A DNA stretch of 64,000 nt from an uncultured Acidobacteriota bacterium (GTDB taxonomy: Bacteria; Acidobacteriota; UBA6911). The stretch lies in the NCBI GenBank assembly GCA_964642735.1, contig CAZXSV010000002.1, positions 16,354 to 80,353 of the forward strand, given 5' to 3'. Below are positions 9,530 to 22,205 of the stretch, one piece after another (the first letter of the stretch is position 1; each line of letters opens with the position of its first letter). The notes below the pieces were generated by a model. The model was given only the letters and a program-made list of their open reading frames with translations, made no database searches and was not told the origin of the DNA. The translations under genes were made by a program, and so were the position numbers.

Positions 9530-10441
9530 TTGCGCTTGACTTATCGTCTAATTTTTCCTAATAATACACTCCAAATTTTTAATCACATTTTCCCGAGAGG
9601 CAAGTTATTTAGCTCAAGGGATTTAAGGGAATTGAGGGTTAGAGCATTGGCGCGGAAGAAAACATCGGAAGGAAAATCCGGAAAGATTGTCCGACCTGCG
9701 ATAAAACCTAAATCAAAGAGGGCGGCTCCGTCTCCCAAAAAACCAGTTTTAAAAAACAGGAAGCCGGTTAAGACCGGATCCCGCAAATCATCCGGAGTTC
9801 ATGAAAAGAAGTCGCACTATATCCATCGCCAGATTCATAAGGGAAGCGAAGTTATGGAAGCGGAATCAAGGAAGCCATCATTCAGGACCGGAGTTTCTCC
9901 TGTCCCCCTCAATACGTCGCCGCGGCTGTTGCGTCATACGAAAACCACTGCAGCGGCTCTGGAACTCTTGGGGAAAGGCATTGAATTGATTTATAAAAAA
10001 GATATCCGTAAGGCTCGCGCCGAACTGAAGCAGTTGCTGGAAACCTATCCGTCCGAAACCGAGATACTGGCTCGCGCGCGAAGCTATATGCAGATTTGCG
10101 ATCGCGAAGAATCGTCTCAGAAAAAGCAGCCGATTGCGGCGGATCAGCTGTACGCGCTCGGCGTTCTGGAGCATAACAAGGCCAACTACGACACGGCAAT
10201 TTCCTACTTTCTCCAGTCGCTTGAAAATCATCCCCATGCAGACTACATTTACTACTCCGTCGCCGCTTCTCTGGCGATGAAAGGCGACCTGGCCCGATCG
10301 ATTGAGAATTTGAAAAAAGCCATTGAGCTGAACGAAGACAGCCGGATTTACGCCAAAAATGACGGCGACTTCTCCGCCCTGCAGTCCAAAAGGGAATTTG
10401 CCGAACTTGTAGGCGCCAATCCATCGTATGAAACGCAATGA
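9530..10441 (+). CDS. TPR-repeat protein with a Lys/Pro-rich N-terminal region (start uncertain)
   Basis: C-terminal half has TPR-like repeats (YALGVLEHNKANYDTAISYFLQSLE..., YYSVAASLAMKGDLARSIENLKKAIEL). The N-terminus is highly basic (KPKSKRAAPSPKKPVLKNRKPVK). The TTG start in the track is not verified. Confidence 0.6.
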   Translation: MRLTYRLIFPNNTLQIFNHIFPRGKLFSSRDLRELRVRALARKKTSEGKSGKIVRPAIKPKSKRAAPSPKKPVLKNRKPVKTGSRKSSGVHEKKSHYIHRQIHKGSEVMEAESRKPSFRTGVSPVPLNTSPRLLRHTKTTAAALELLGKGIELIYKKDIRKARAELKQLLETYPSETEILARARSYMQICDREESSQKKQPIAADQLYALGVLEHNKANYDTAISYFLQSLENHPHADYIYYSVAASLAMKGDLARSIENLKKAIELNEDSRIYAKNDGDFSALQSKREFAELVGANPSYETQ

Positions 10442-10907
10442 AGGACATCCTCCGCAGCGCAGCGAAACGGCCGAGCCATACGGATTGAATCCCATGAATT
10501 GCAAAAACTGCATCCAATGGATGGACGAAAGCCTTGATCAAATTGCAGCCGATCGAGGCGCGCGGCCTCGCTTTTTCATGGGCTGCCGCATTTTCGGATT
10601 TTTTGAGAAAGGCCATGAACCGAAAAGCTGCGAGCATTATCAGGCCAGCGACGATCTTTTCACAATCTGCAATTCCTGCCGGATCACCGTGCCCAAAGTG
10701 TGCGTTTCGCTGGGAGAGTGCGTCAATTGCACCGATACAGACCTGTTCTGCGTCGATTCGTGCATTGGCGGAGAAAACCGCAAATACTGCACCCACTTCG
10801 TCCGCCTCCATGCCGAAGGAATTCAAATCATCGATAACGATCGCGTCTATGATCTCTTTCCCACTCTGGGGATGCCCGACCAAGAAAATAATCCCGAAAA
10901 AAAATAG
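10428..10907 (+). CDS. Cysteine-rich hypothetical protein
   Basis: 159-aa ORF with many Cys in CxxC/CxxxC spacing (CKNC, CNSC, CVNC, CVDSC). Overlaps the preceding gene by 14 nt. No family recognised. Confidence 0.45.
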   Translation: MKRNEGHPPQRSETAEPYGLNPMNCKNCIQWMDESLDQIAADRGARPRFFMGCRIFGFFEKGHEPKSCEHYQASDDLFTICNSCRITVPKVCVSLGECVNCTDTDLFCVDSCIGGENRKYCTHFVRLHAEGIQIIDNDRVYDLFPTLGMPDQENNPEKK

Positions 10908-11106
10908 CCTTTAGTTGTTTGTTTAAAGACCTTTCGGCCATAATAGTTCACTGAATGCATTATGAATCGCGGGCGCTCAAGATCCTGCAGTTCGGAAAAA
11001 AAGCGCTGCTGCTCGCACGGGCATTCCCCGAGAAATGTTTCGGCTTCTCAAATCCGGCGAATCTGCGGCGTTTCATCGGATGGGAAAGAATCGTTGGGCT
11101 CTTTTG

Positions 11107-14322
<3,216 letters not shown>

Positions 14323-15496
14323 GAGGGTTTCCGGAGCTCCAGCATGAGCTTTTTAAACTCATCGAAAAGATAATGGGAATCATGAGGCCCTGGCGAAGCC
14401 TCCGGGTGGTATTGCACCGAAAAAGCAGGAATGCTGCGGTGACGCACGCCTTCCAGCGTCTGGTCGTTCAGGTTTATGTGAGTCAAATCAACCTGGTTTG
14501 CATTCAGAGAATCCGGATCGACTGCAAAACCATGGTTCTGGGCTGTTATTTCCACTCGTCCATTGATAAGGTTTTTTACCGGCTGATTGCCGCCGCGATG
14601 GCCGAATTTCAGCTTGAATGTCTTTCCTCCAAAAGCCAGCCCCATCAGCTGATGTCCAAGGCAAATCCCAAACACGGGAGTTCGCCCAAGCAATTTGCGG
14701 ATGTTGGCGACCGCATCACGCAGAGGTTCGGGATCCCCGGGGCCATTAGAGAGAAAAACGCCGTCGGGATTGCAGCTCAAAATTTCTTCGGCGCCGGTCG
14801 AAGCCGGGACGACCGTGACATCGCATCCAACCCGCAGAAGGCTGTTCAGAATGTTTCGTTTGATTCCGTAATCATACGCTACAACTCTGAAACGCCTGAA
14901 ACCGGGCGGCGAAGAGCCTGATCGGCTGTAGGCCTTCTTACAGGATACCGAAGTCGCAAGATCTCTCCCCAGCATGCCCCGAATCGATTGAGTTTTTTGA
15001 ACCAATTCGTCCCGATTCGAATTGTCCGTGCTGACAATCCCGCGCATGACGCCGCGGCTTCTGATGTGAAGGACGAGCGCCCGGGTGTCGACTTCAGATA
15101 TTCCGACGATATGGTGTCTCTTCAGATAATCATCCAGTGGTTCGTCCGACCTCCAGTTCGACGCAACGGCGCTGAATTCCCGCGCGACAAATCCTTCCAC
15201 ATAAGGGCGGTGCGACTCTTCGTCTTCTCGGTTCGTTCCGCAATTTCCTATGTGAGGATACGTCATGACGACGATCTGGCCGGCGTAGGAGGGATCCGTC
15301 AGTATTTCCTGATAGCCGCACATGGAGGTGTTGAACACAACTTCGCCGCGAGCTTCGCCCGCGGCGCCGAATGCCCGGCCTTCGAACGTACAGCCATCTT
15401 CCAATACGAGAGTTGCCTTCATTGAGCACCAGGGTTCAGTTCAGGAAATGTCGTCGGCTTTCGTCTCTCCAACCTGTCCGCGCCGTCAATGCTTGC

Positions 15497-16072
15497 TTAC
15501 TCCACAAGGCCCAAACGCGAGACCGGCCAGTAGCTGAAGACCGCTTTCCCATAAATTAGCGGCCGCGAGACAAATCCCCAGCTGCGGCTGTCGTTGCTGG
15601 AATTGCGGTGATCTCCCAGAACAAAATATTCTCCCGGCGGGACCACCACTTTATGAAACGACCGGAAATCGCGAAATTCCGGTCTTAAATAAGGCTCTCT
15701 GATTTTGGCGCCGTTGATGTAGACAGATCCATCGCGAATCTCCACCTCGTCTCCCGGCACTCCCAAAACTCTTTTGATAAAAGATTTGCTGCGGTCTTTC
15801 GGGTAAAAGAACACGACCACATCGCCTCTGCGGACATTCTGGAACCGGTACAGGAAACGGTTCACGAAAATCCTCTCCTGATCCACAAGCTGGGGTTGCA
15901 TGCTTGTCCCCTCGACTTTTACAGGCTGGACCACGAAGATGACGATAAAGACAGCTATTGCAACGGCAAACAGAACGTCCCGAAGCCAAAACCGGATTTC
16001 AGAAACCAGATTGAAGTCCGGTTTTTGCGCATAAACTTCGCCTTCAGGGGCTTTCGGCTCGAAAATCTCCAA
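15497..16072 (-). CDS. lepB: Signal peptidase I
   Basis: S26 boxes GTSMQP (Ser), KRVLGVPGD (Lys), GDHRNSSNDSR. N-terminal TM segment. Confidence 0.85.
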   Translation of the reverse strand: MEIFEPKAPEGEVYAQKPDFNLVSEIRFWLRDVLFAVAIAVFIVIFVVQPVKVEGTSMQPQLVDQERIFVNRFLYRFQNVRRGDVVVFFYPKDRSKSFIKRVLGVPGDEVEIRDGSVYINGAKIREPYLRPEFRDFRSFHKVVVPPGEYFVLGDHRNSSNDSRSWGFVSRPLIYGKAVFSYWPVSRLGLVE

Positions 16073-16199
16073 ACGCGCTATTCCTCAATCCTTCGGCTGA
16101 ACGAATCCGAAATTTAAGCTACCAGACGGGGCGGCAAAACTCAAATGGAATTCCGAGCCCAGAAGATTGGCTTTCATTCCAATGAATTCACCGGCGGAT

Positions 16200-17180
16200 T
16201 TATCGGGAAATTCTGCCGCCGTCCGCGCTGTAATTTCCGGCCGGCGGCTCGCCGCCGCTCCGCCGCCGCGGGATGTCGACGCAATCGAAATCGTTCAGAG
16301 CAATCACATTCGGGAAAATCTCCCGCGCTTCGCGCAGGTGCCGGCAGGAGTCGGAATAGCGTTGAGAAAAGTGCGTCATAGCCAGACGCCGCGCTCCGGC
16401 GTCCCGGGCTGTCTTTGCAGCGTCCAGCGCCGTGGAATGGCCAAAAGAATCCGCCAGTTCTCTATGTTCCGACGTATAAGTCGCTTCCATGGCCATCAGA
16501 TCTGAATCTTGCGCCAACGCCGTGGCGCCGGCGCAAGGCCTCGTATCCATGATAAAAGCAAATACGCTTCCGGGGCGACGGGTTGCCACCTCTTCCAATC
16601 GCACGAACCGGTCTTGAACAAGAATCCGGCCTTTTCTCTTAAGATCGCCCACCATGGGTCCGAAGACGCCTTCTCTTTCCAGTTTCTCGCGTTCAAAACG
16701 AAATTTCGCAGCTTCCTCGAGTCTGAAGCCGATCGTCGGGACGGAGTGATCGAGCGCATGCGCCTTCAGGACGAACTTCTCGTCCCTGACGAGCTCCGTC
16801 ATAGCGCCCGGATTCTGCGCGACAGGACGCAGTATCAAATCAGTCTTCATTTTGCTGATTGCAGCGCCGCAAAGCCGGTCGACGAAAATCCGGCCTTCTT
16901 CGGGGAAGAATATTTGCACCGGATGGTCGCAATTGTCCAGCGAGAGTCTTTGCACAATGCCCGCCAGTCCAAGACAGTGATCCCCATGGAAATGAGTAAT
17001 GCAAATGTAATGAATGGAGGATGCCGCAGCCCCGGCTATCGTCAGCTGCCGCTGCGCGCCTTCCCCGGGATCGAACAGGAAGTCTGTCCCATCCCATCGC
17101 AACAGGTAAGCGCCGTGGCTTCTTTCTTTTGTGGGCACCTGGCTGCTGGTGCCGAGAGCAATCAATTCGCGGACGCTCAT
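16200..17180 (-). CDS. rnz: Ribonuclease Z / metallo-beta-lactamase-fold nuclease
   Basis: HFHGDH zinc motif. The N-terminal LGTSSQVPTKERSHGAYLL and FLFDPGEGAQRQL are typical of RNase Z. Confidence 0.8.
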   Translation of the reverse strand: MSVRELIALGTSSQVPTKERSHGAYLLRWDGTDFLFDPGEGAQRQLTIAGAAASSIHYICITHFHGDHCLGLAGIVQRLSLDNCDHPVQIFFPEEGRIFVDRLCGAAISKMKTDLILRPVAQNPGAMTELVRDEKFVLKAHALDHSVPTIGFRLEEAAKFRFEREKLEREGVFGPMVGDLKRKGRILVQDRFVRLEEVATRRPGSVFAFIMDTRPCAGATALAQDSDLMAMEATYTSEHRELADSFGHSTALDAAKTARDAGARRLAMTHFSQRYSDSCRHLREAREIFPNVIALNDFDCVDIPRRRSGGEPPAGNYSADGGRISR

Positions 17181-17610
17181 AGCCTCCCTCGCATTTCCTC
17201 CAAAGACGCCATGAATTATGCCACAAATTCAGGTTTCCAACGCCGTTTCCGTCCGGAAACGGCGCTTTGTGCGCTCTTGCCGCCCCCCACTGCTTTTCGG
17301 CGCCCGGTCTTCATGGGCGCATTATAGGCCCCTGAATCCGATTTGCTCTGCGGCAGGCATAGAAAGCGCCGTCAGGCGGCCGGAAAGCGGAGCGTCTTTC
17401 ATAAAACCGTCGCCCGTCGCGCCTTAGCGTCTTCTTCGCCCGCCATTCACCCGCTTTAGCATGGAGAAGTATCTGTAATTGGAAGTCTCAGGCGTCCGAT
17501 AAGAAACCTGCAGGCCGTCGCGCTCCTTATATCGCAGCGATAGGCGCGCCAGAGTAGCGCCGTCGCCGGTGTATAATTAAATTTCGACTTGAACCGAACG
17601 CAATGAAAGA

Positions 17611-17895
17611 ATGCAGACTATGAAAGAGATTTCAGGAGACGCGGAGCGAACAGCGGCGGGCTTGAATGACAACGTGGAATTCATGGGAAAGCAGCTGCAT
17701 GTGCAAACGGAAAGCATCCAATCGCCGGCAGGGTGCATCGTGACTCAAATTTTCAGCAGCGGGCGCGTGATATTCTCCAAAAAGTCGGAATGCCCTCCAG
17801 GGGCCGATGGGATTCAAGATCAAATGAACCTGCAGCATTCCCAAGTCATAAAAAGCATACTGGAAAAAGAGGCGAGGATCCTGGGCGCCTCTTAG
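17611..17895 (+). CDS. Small hypothetical protein (94 aa) upstream of the RR-HD-GYP gene
   Basis: ORF ends 14 nt before the next start. A TATAAT box lies at 17572-17577. No family recognised. Confidence 0.4.
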   Translation: MQTMKEISGDAERTAAGLNDNVEFMGKQLHVQTESIQSPAGCIVTQIFSSGRVIFSKKSECPPGADGIQDQMNLQHSQVIKSILEKEARILGAS

Positions 17896-17909
17896 TCGCC
17901 TGGTTCAGC

Positions 17910-19028
17910 ATGACCCAATCTTCCGCTCGAGAAAAAATACTCATTGTCGACGACGAAGCGAACGTTCGCTTTGTTTTGAGCGCTCATCTGGAAGGCCAGG
18001 GAGCCGAATGCGTCAGCTCTTCCAATGCCTTCGACGCATTGAACAAAATCGGAGACGACCATTTTTCCCTTGTCATAAGCGATGTCATCATGCCGGGGAT
18101 GTCGGGGATGGAATTGCTCCGCGAGGCAAAAAAACGAAATCCCGAAACCGCTTTTATCATGATAACCGGATTGCTGGACATCAATACTGCGATCGATTCT
18201 CTGCGCATTGGGGCGTTCGATTTCATCACGAAACCGTTCGACTTGCCGGCTATTCAAAGAGCTGTGAGCCGGGCTTTGGAGAGACGCCGCCTGCTCATCG
18301 AAAACAAATATTATCAGGAAAAGCTTGAGCTCAAAGTCGGCGAACGGACATCCGAGCTGAATGAAGCCCTGCACGAGGTCGAGGAAAGTTACAAGATCAC
18401 GCTGGAAGCGCTTGTGGCAGCGCTCGACGCGCGCGAGCACGAGACCCAGGCGCATTCGCTTAGAGTTCGAGAGTACACGCTGACTCTTGCGAAAGCGCTC
18501 GGGCTCCAACCGGACGCTCTGATACACATCGGACGCGGCGCTCTTCTTCATGATGTGGGAAAGATCGGAGTTCAGGATTCCATCCTTCTCAAGCCCGGCA
18601 AACTCAGCAAATCGGAATGGGTGGAAATGCGAAAGCATCCTCACATCGGTTATGAAATTCTCAAAAACATCGAGTTCCTTTCTTCCGCAGCGGAAATCGT
18701 TCTGTGCCACCAGGAAAGATGGGACGGGAAAGGATACCCCAATGGCCTCGCCGGCCCGGACATCCCGTTGGGGGCCAGAATATTTGCCGTCGTGGACGCT
18801 CTGGACGCGATGACGAGCGATCGTCCCTATCGCAAAGCCCTTTCTTTTAAAACGGCTCGCGAAGAGATCTTTGCGTGCGCCGGAACACAGTTTGATCCCG
18901 GCATCGCCGAAGTCTTTCTCGGAATGCCGCCGGAATCCTGGATCGCTATCCGTGATTCCGTCAATCAAAAGCATCAAAGCCAGGATTGCCCCGACGCTTT
19001 ATGGCCGAAATCAGATACCGACCTGTAA
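17910..19028 (+). CDS. Response regulator with HD-GYP c-di-GMP phosphodiesterase domain (RpfG-type)
   Basis: Receiver ILIVDDE...DVIMPGMSG...K. HD-GYP motifs HDVGK and HQERWDGKGYP. ATG at 17910 (MTQSSAREKILIVDDE) is preferred over the upstream track start. Confidence 0.85.
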   Translation: MTQSSAREKILIVDDEANVRFVLSAHLEGQGAECVSSSNAFDALNKIGDDHFSLVISDVIMPGMSGMELLREAKKRNPETAFIMITGLLDINTAIDSLRIGAFDFITKPFDLPAIQRAVSRALERRRLLIENKYYQEKLELKVGERTSELNEALHEVEESYKITLEALVAALDAREHETQAHSLRVREYTLTLAKALGLQPDALIHIGRGALLHDVGKIGVQDSILLKPGKLSKSEWVEMRKHPHIGYEILKNIEFLSSAAEIVLCHQERWDGKGYPNGLAGPDIPLGARIFAVVDALDAMTSDRPYRKALSFKTAREEIFACAGTQFDPGIAEVFLGMPPESWIAIRDSVNQKHQSQDCPDALWPKSDTDL

Positions 19029-19936
19029 GTTTGCTGGATCCCGCGTCCTTTCATACTCTTATGGACGAAGAGGAAGAGGCGTGGATGTCCGATTTGGGAT
19101 GGGATTATTCTCCGATACGCCAGATACTCGTTTCCTTCATCAAACAGAAGCTTTTGCCCGGATATGGCGCAGTCAATGAAAAAGAATTGCTCGGCTACAC
19201 TTATTTCATGGTCCATCAAACCAAAGGAATTATCGGCGCCATCTACGCCAATAAAAAAGGTCCGCGTCAGGAGGTTGTTGAAAACCTGCTCTCTCTCTGC
19301 ATCTCTTCTTTAAAGGAAAACCAGCAGATAAAGCGAGTGGAAGCGCAGATTTTGCCTTTTCACGGCGTCAACATCACGGAAGTCTTCGTGCGCAATGCGT
19401 TTCAATATTATCCTCGCTACTACCTGGATCTAAAACTGGCGGGCCGCAACAGGACGAAGAGCATTGCGGAGGGAAATCTCGCGCCGTGGAATTCGGCCAA
19501 TCTCCGCCTCGCCGCCGAAATGACCGCGACCAGCTACCGCGGCCAATCCGATGCGATAATTTGCGAGGACTATCGCTCCGCCTCCGGATGCGAAAGCTAT
19601 CTTCGAAGTTTGGTTGAAAATCCCGGCTGCGGAATTTTCATGCCGGAAACCTCCTTCATGTTTCTGGACGCAAGGCAATTCCCCTGCGGTTATGTCATAG
19701 GCTGCAGGATTTCCAATGGCGTGGGAATGATTCCGCAAATCGCCGTCCATCCTTCCTTTCAAGGCCAGGGCGTGGGCAACGCTCTCGTGCAGCGTTCGTT
19801 CGAACAATACGAGGCGTTGGGCTTTCATACCGTGACCCTGACTGTCACCAAAGAGAACCGGCGCGCTTTCGAATGGTACCGGCGGCTGGGTTTCGGAATC
19901 CGCAAAGAATTTGGCGCGTACATCTGGGAACGCTGA
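19001..19936 (+). CDS. GNAT-family N-acetyltransferase
   Basis: Acetyl-CoA motif QIAVHPSFQGQGVGNALV in the C-terminal half. ATG at 19001. Confidence 0.7.
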   Translation: MAEIRYRPVSLLDPASFHTLMDEEEEAWMSDLGWDYSPIRQILVSFIKQKLLPGYGAVNEKELLGYTYFMVHQTKGIIGAIYANKKGPRQEVVENLLSLCISSLKENQQIKRVEAQILPFHGVNITEVFVRNAFQYYPRYYLDLKLAGRNRTKSIAEGNLAPWNSANLRLAAEMTATSYRGQSDAIICEDYRSASGCESYLRSLVENPGCGIFMPETSFMFLDARQFPCGYVIGCRISNGVGMIPQIAVHPSFQGQGVGNALVQRSFEQYEALGFHTVTLTVTKENRRAFEWYRRLGFGIRKEFGAYIWER

Positions 19937-20185
19937 ACATAATCGCGAAAGAAGGTGGACGAATTGCGAATAATCGCCAACCTCGCCGTTTAACGTCCTG
20001 TGTCTTGAAATCCACCGCTTGGGGCGCTGTTTTTTGCCGATCCTCGCGGGCAATTGTCTTGGATTTTCCTCAAAATGTTTCAAATCTTTCGGTCGGCCTG
20101 CAGTCTGGTCCGGTTGCCGTTCCAGGGCGCCGGGCTGGCAGCCGGGGCCCTTAAACGCCAAAGCTTATCGCTCGACATTCGCAAT

Positions 20186-20983
20186 TTATTGGGGTTCGGA
20201 TTTTGAAGCCGCAGGATTGAGGATTACGATGTCGACGCGGCGATTGCGGGATCGGCCTTCTTCAGTGCCGTTGGGAGATATGGGCCTGTGTTCAGCGAAA
20301 CCTGCAGGCGAAAGCAATTCCGGATTAAAGCCGAAATTGGAGATTAGATAGCGGACGACATTGCTGGCTCGTGCGGACGACAGTTCCCAGTTCGAAGGGA
20401 ATTTTGAGTTGCTGATCGGGAGGTTGTCCGTGTGGCCTTCAATCCTCATTTCATTGCCCACCGGCGTCAGACTTTCAGCGAGGACATGGAGCAATTCCTT
20501 GCCTTCCTGCTTTATTTCCGATGATCCGGAATCGAAGAAACTGCCTTCTCCTAGGCTGACGACCAGCCCTCTTGGTTCGAGACGAGTCTGGATGATCCCC
20601 ACCTGCAATGCCGGCCCGACCTGCTTTTCAATGCTTTGCTTCAGTTTGCCCAGTTCTTTTTCATTCTTTAAAACGTGGGTGGCGCCTTTGCCGCGCGAGT
20701 GCTGAGACTGTTTGATGCTCTGTAGGATGTCTCGGGGCGCAGAAGCTTCCACGCCTCCCTGGCCTTGGCTTAGCGACAGGGTTTTGCTTCCGGGTTCGAA
20801 AACGGCAGTGTTAAAAGACTGCTGCATGGACATAACCATTTTGCCAGCTTTTTGTGCATCGACAGTGGAAATGGCGTATAGAGTCGTGAAAAAAGCGAAC
20901 AGAAGTGTGATGAAATCGGCATAGGAGACAAGCCAGCGCTCGCTGCTTTCGTTCTCTTCCTCTTTGTTCCTTTTTCTGCCCAT
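20186..20983 (-). CDS. motB: Flagellar stator protein MotB (OmpA-like C-terminus)
   Basis: TM plug region ERWLVSYADFITLLFAFF with the conserved Asp. OmpA/MotB peptidoglycan-binding end RNRRVDIVIL. Confidence 0.9.
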   Translation of the reverse strand: MGRKRNKEEENESSERWLVSYADFITLLFAFFTTLYAISTVDAQKAGKMVMSMQQSFNTAVFEPGSKTLSLSQGQGGVEASAPRDILQSIKQSQHSRGKGATHVLKNEKELGKLKQSIEKQVGPALQVGIIQTRLEPRGLVVSLGEGSFFDSGSSEIKQEGKELLHVLAESLTPVGNEMRIEGHTDNLPISNSKFPSNWELSSARASNVVRYLISNFGFNPELLSPAGFAEHRPISPNGTEEGRSRNRRVDIVILNPAASKSEPQ

Positions 20984-20998
20984 GGAGCGCCCGTCGGT

Positions 20999-21826
20999 TT
21001 ATGCAGCTTTCTGTTTGGCTTCGGCGTTGTTTTCCTGTTGGTCCTGAATTTCTTCGCGGCTCAAGTAGCTTTTCAGTTTGTCGTCAATCAGCCGAGGATT
21101 TTCTCCCTCCAGGATGCCGATAACCCCCACCAGCATGATTTCTTTGGCCACCATGAGAGTTCTGGCTTTGAGCTTGAGCTTTCCCGACATCGGCAGATAG
21201 ACGAGGTTGGCCAACCCGACTCCGTACACTGTTGCGACAAACGCGACCGCGATGCCTCCGCCAAGTTTGCTTGGGTCGCTGAGGTTTTCCATCACATGGA
21301 TCAAACCCAGCACCGCGCCCAGGATCCCGATAGTCGGCGAATAGCCGCCGGCCGACTGCCAGAACTTAATCGGCTGCTCCGCCTCCTCCTCCAGGTTGCT
21401 TATCTCGAGTTCCATAGTCTCCCGCAAAACCTTTGGCTCGACGCCGTCCATGGCCATGGTCAGCGCTCTCTTGAGAAATGGATCCTCAATCTTTTGCGCG
21501 TCCGTCTCCAGAGAGATGACGCCTTCCTTTCGAGCTTTGTTTGCGAGTCGAATAATTTCCTGGATGACCTCCCGGTTATTTATTTTGGGCTGTTGAAAAA
21601 TCTTGAAGACCGATTTGAAGCTTGCGATTGTGGTCGAAAGAGGAAACTGGACCATGCAGGCGCCAAAGGTTCCGCCCAAAACGATCAGGGCCGCTGTGGG
21701 TTGAAGGATGGATTTTATGCTGCCGCCCTCCAAAGCCTGACCGCCGAGGATCGCCAGCACGGCTAAACCCAATCCGACAAACGTGGCGATGTCCAAACCC
21801 GATTTTTTATTTGTGTTGGCGTCCAT
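20999..21826 (-). CDS. motA: Flagellar stator protein MotA
   Basis: 275 aa, four TM segments, MotA/ExbB-type C-terminal half (GGIAVAFVATVYGVGLANLVYLP). Upstream of motB. Confidence 0.9.
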   Translation of the reverse strand: MDANTNKKSGLDIATFVGLGLAVLAILGGQALEGGSIKSILQPTAALIVLGGTFGACMVQFPLSTTIASFKSVFKIFQQPKINNREVIQEIIRLANKARKEGVISLETDAQKIEDPFLKRALTMAMDGVEPKVLRETMELEISNLEEEAEQPIKFWQSAGGYSPTIGILGAVLGLIHVMENLSDPSKLGGGIAVAFVATVYGVGLANLVYLPMSGKLKLKARTLMVAKEIMLVGVIGILEGENPRLIDDKLKSYLSREEIQDQQENNAEAKQKAA

Positions 21827-22022
21827 ATTCCAATTCTACAAGCCCATTGACGAGGCGGCGATAGTGCACTACTTTCTTTATGATTTCAATCATAGGCTCC
21901 TGCACCACGACTTTATCACTGTTCGTCATTGTGAGGACAGTATCCGGCGTTTCCTCAATATATTGAATGAGATCGGAGTTGACGGCTATCGGCGCATTGT
22001 TGATCTTAGTCAGCATTATCAT
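21807..22022 (-). CDS. flbD: Flagellar protein FlbD
   Basis: 71 aa. MIMLTKINNAPIAVNSDLIQYIEETPDTVL is the FlbD signature. Overlaps the motA start. Confidence 0.8.
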   Translation of the reverse strand: MIMLTKINNAPIAVNSDLIQYIEETPDTVLTMTNSDKVVVQEPMIEIIKKVVHYRRLVNGLVELEYGRQHK

Positions 22023-22049
22023 AGGTTTCGCATATAGCTTCCCTCAAAT

Positions 22050-22077
22050 ATATCGTCATCTTGCGGCCTATTCCTTA
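22050..22077 (-). promoter_or_regulatory. Sigma28 (FliA)-type promoter for flbD-motAB
   Basis: Minus strand reads TAAG-N16-GACGATAT, ending 28 nt upstream of the flbD ATG. Same motif as the four other sites listed. Confidence 0.6.
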
Positions 22078-22091
22078 GTCGGACGGATCTT

Positions 22092-22205
22092 TTAACCCGC
22101 ATTATTCATGAAGCTTCTACTGTGGAAGGGCGGCTCCGGGCATGTCGACTGCGTCGCGCTCCGTCGGGCTCCTCGCTACGAACCTTCATGAATAATGCGG
22201 GTTGA
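22092..22205. mobile_element. 114-bp MITE-like repeat, copy B (near-perfect 20-bp TIRs)
   Basis: TTAACCCGCATTATTCATGAAG at 22092-22113 and CTTCATGAATAATGCGGGTTGA at 22185-22206. The right arm overlaps the last 10 codons (including the stop) of the cytidylyltransferase gene. Confidence 0.75.

Noticed and set aside
10951-10975. Sequence TGAATGCATTATGAATCGCGGGCGCTCAAG resembling a degenerate solo end of the MITE family.
   Set aside because: The match is partial, with gaps and mismatches, and no partner arm is present. It is mentioned only as a possible remnant.
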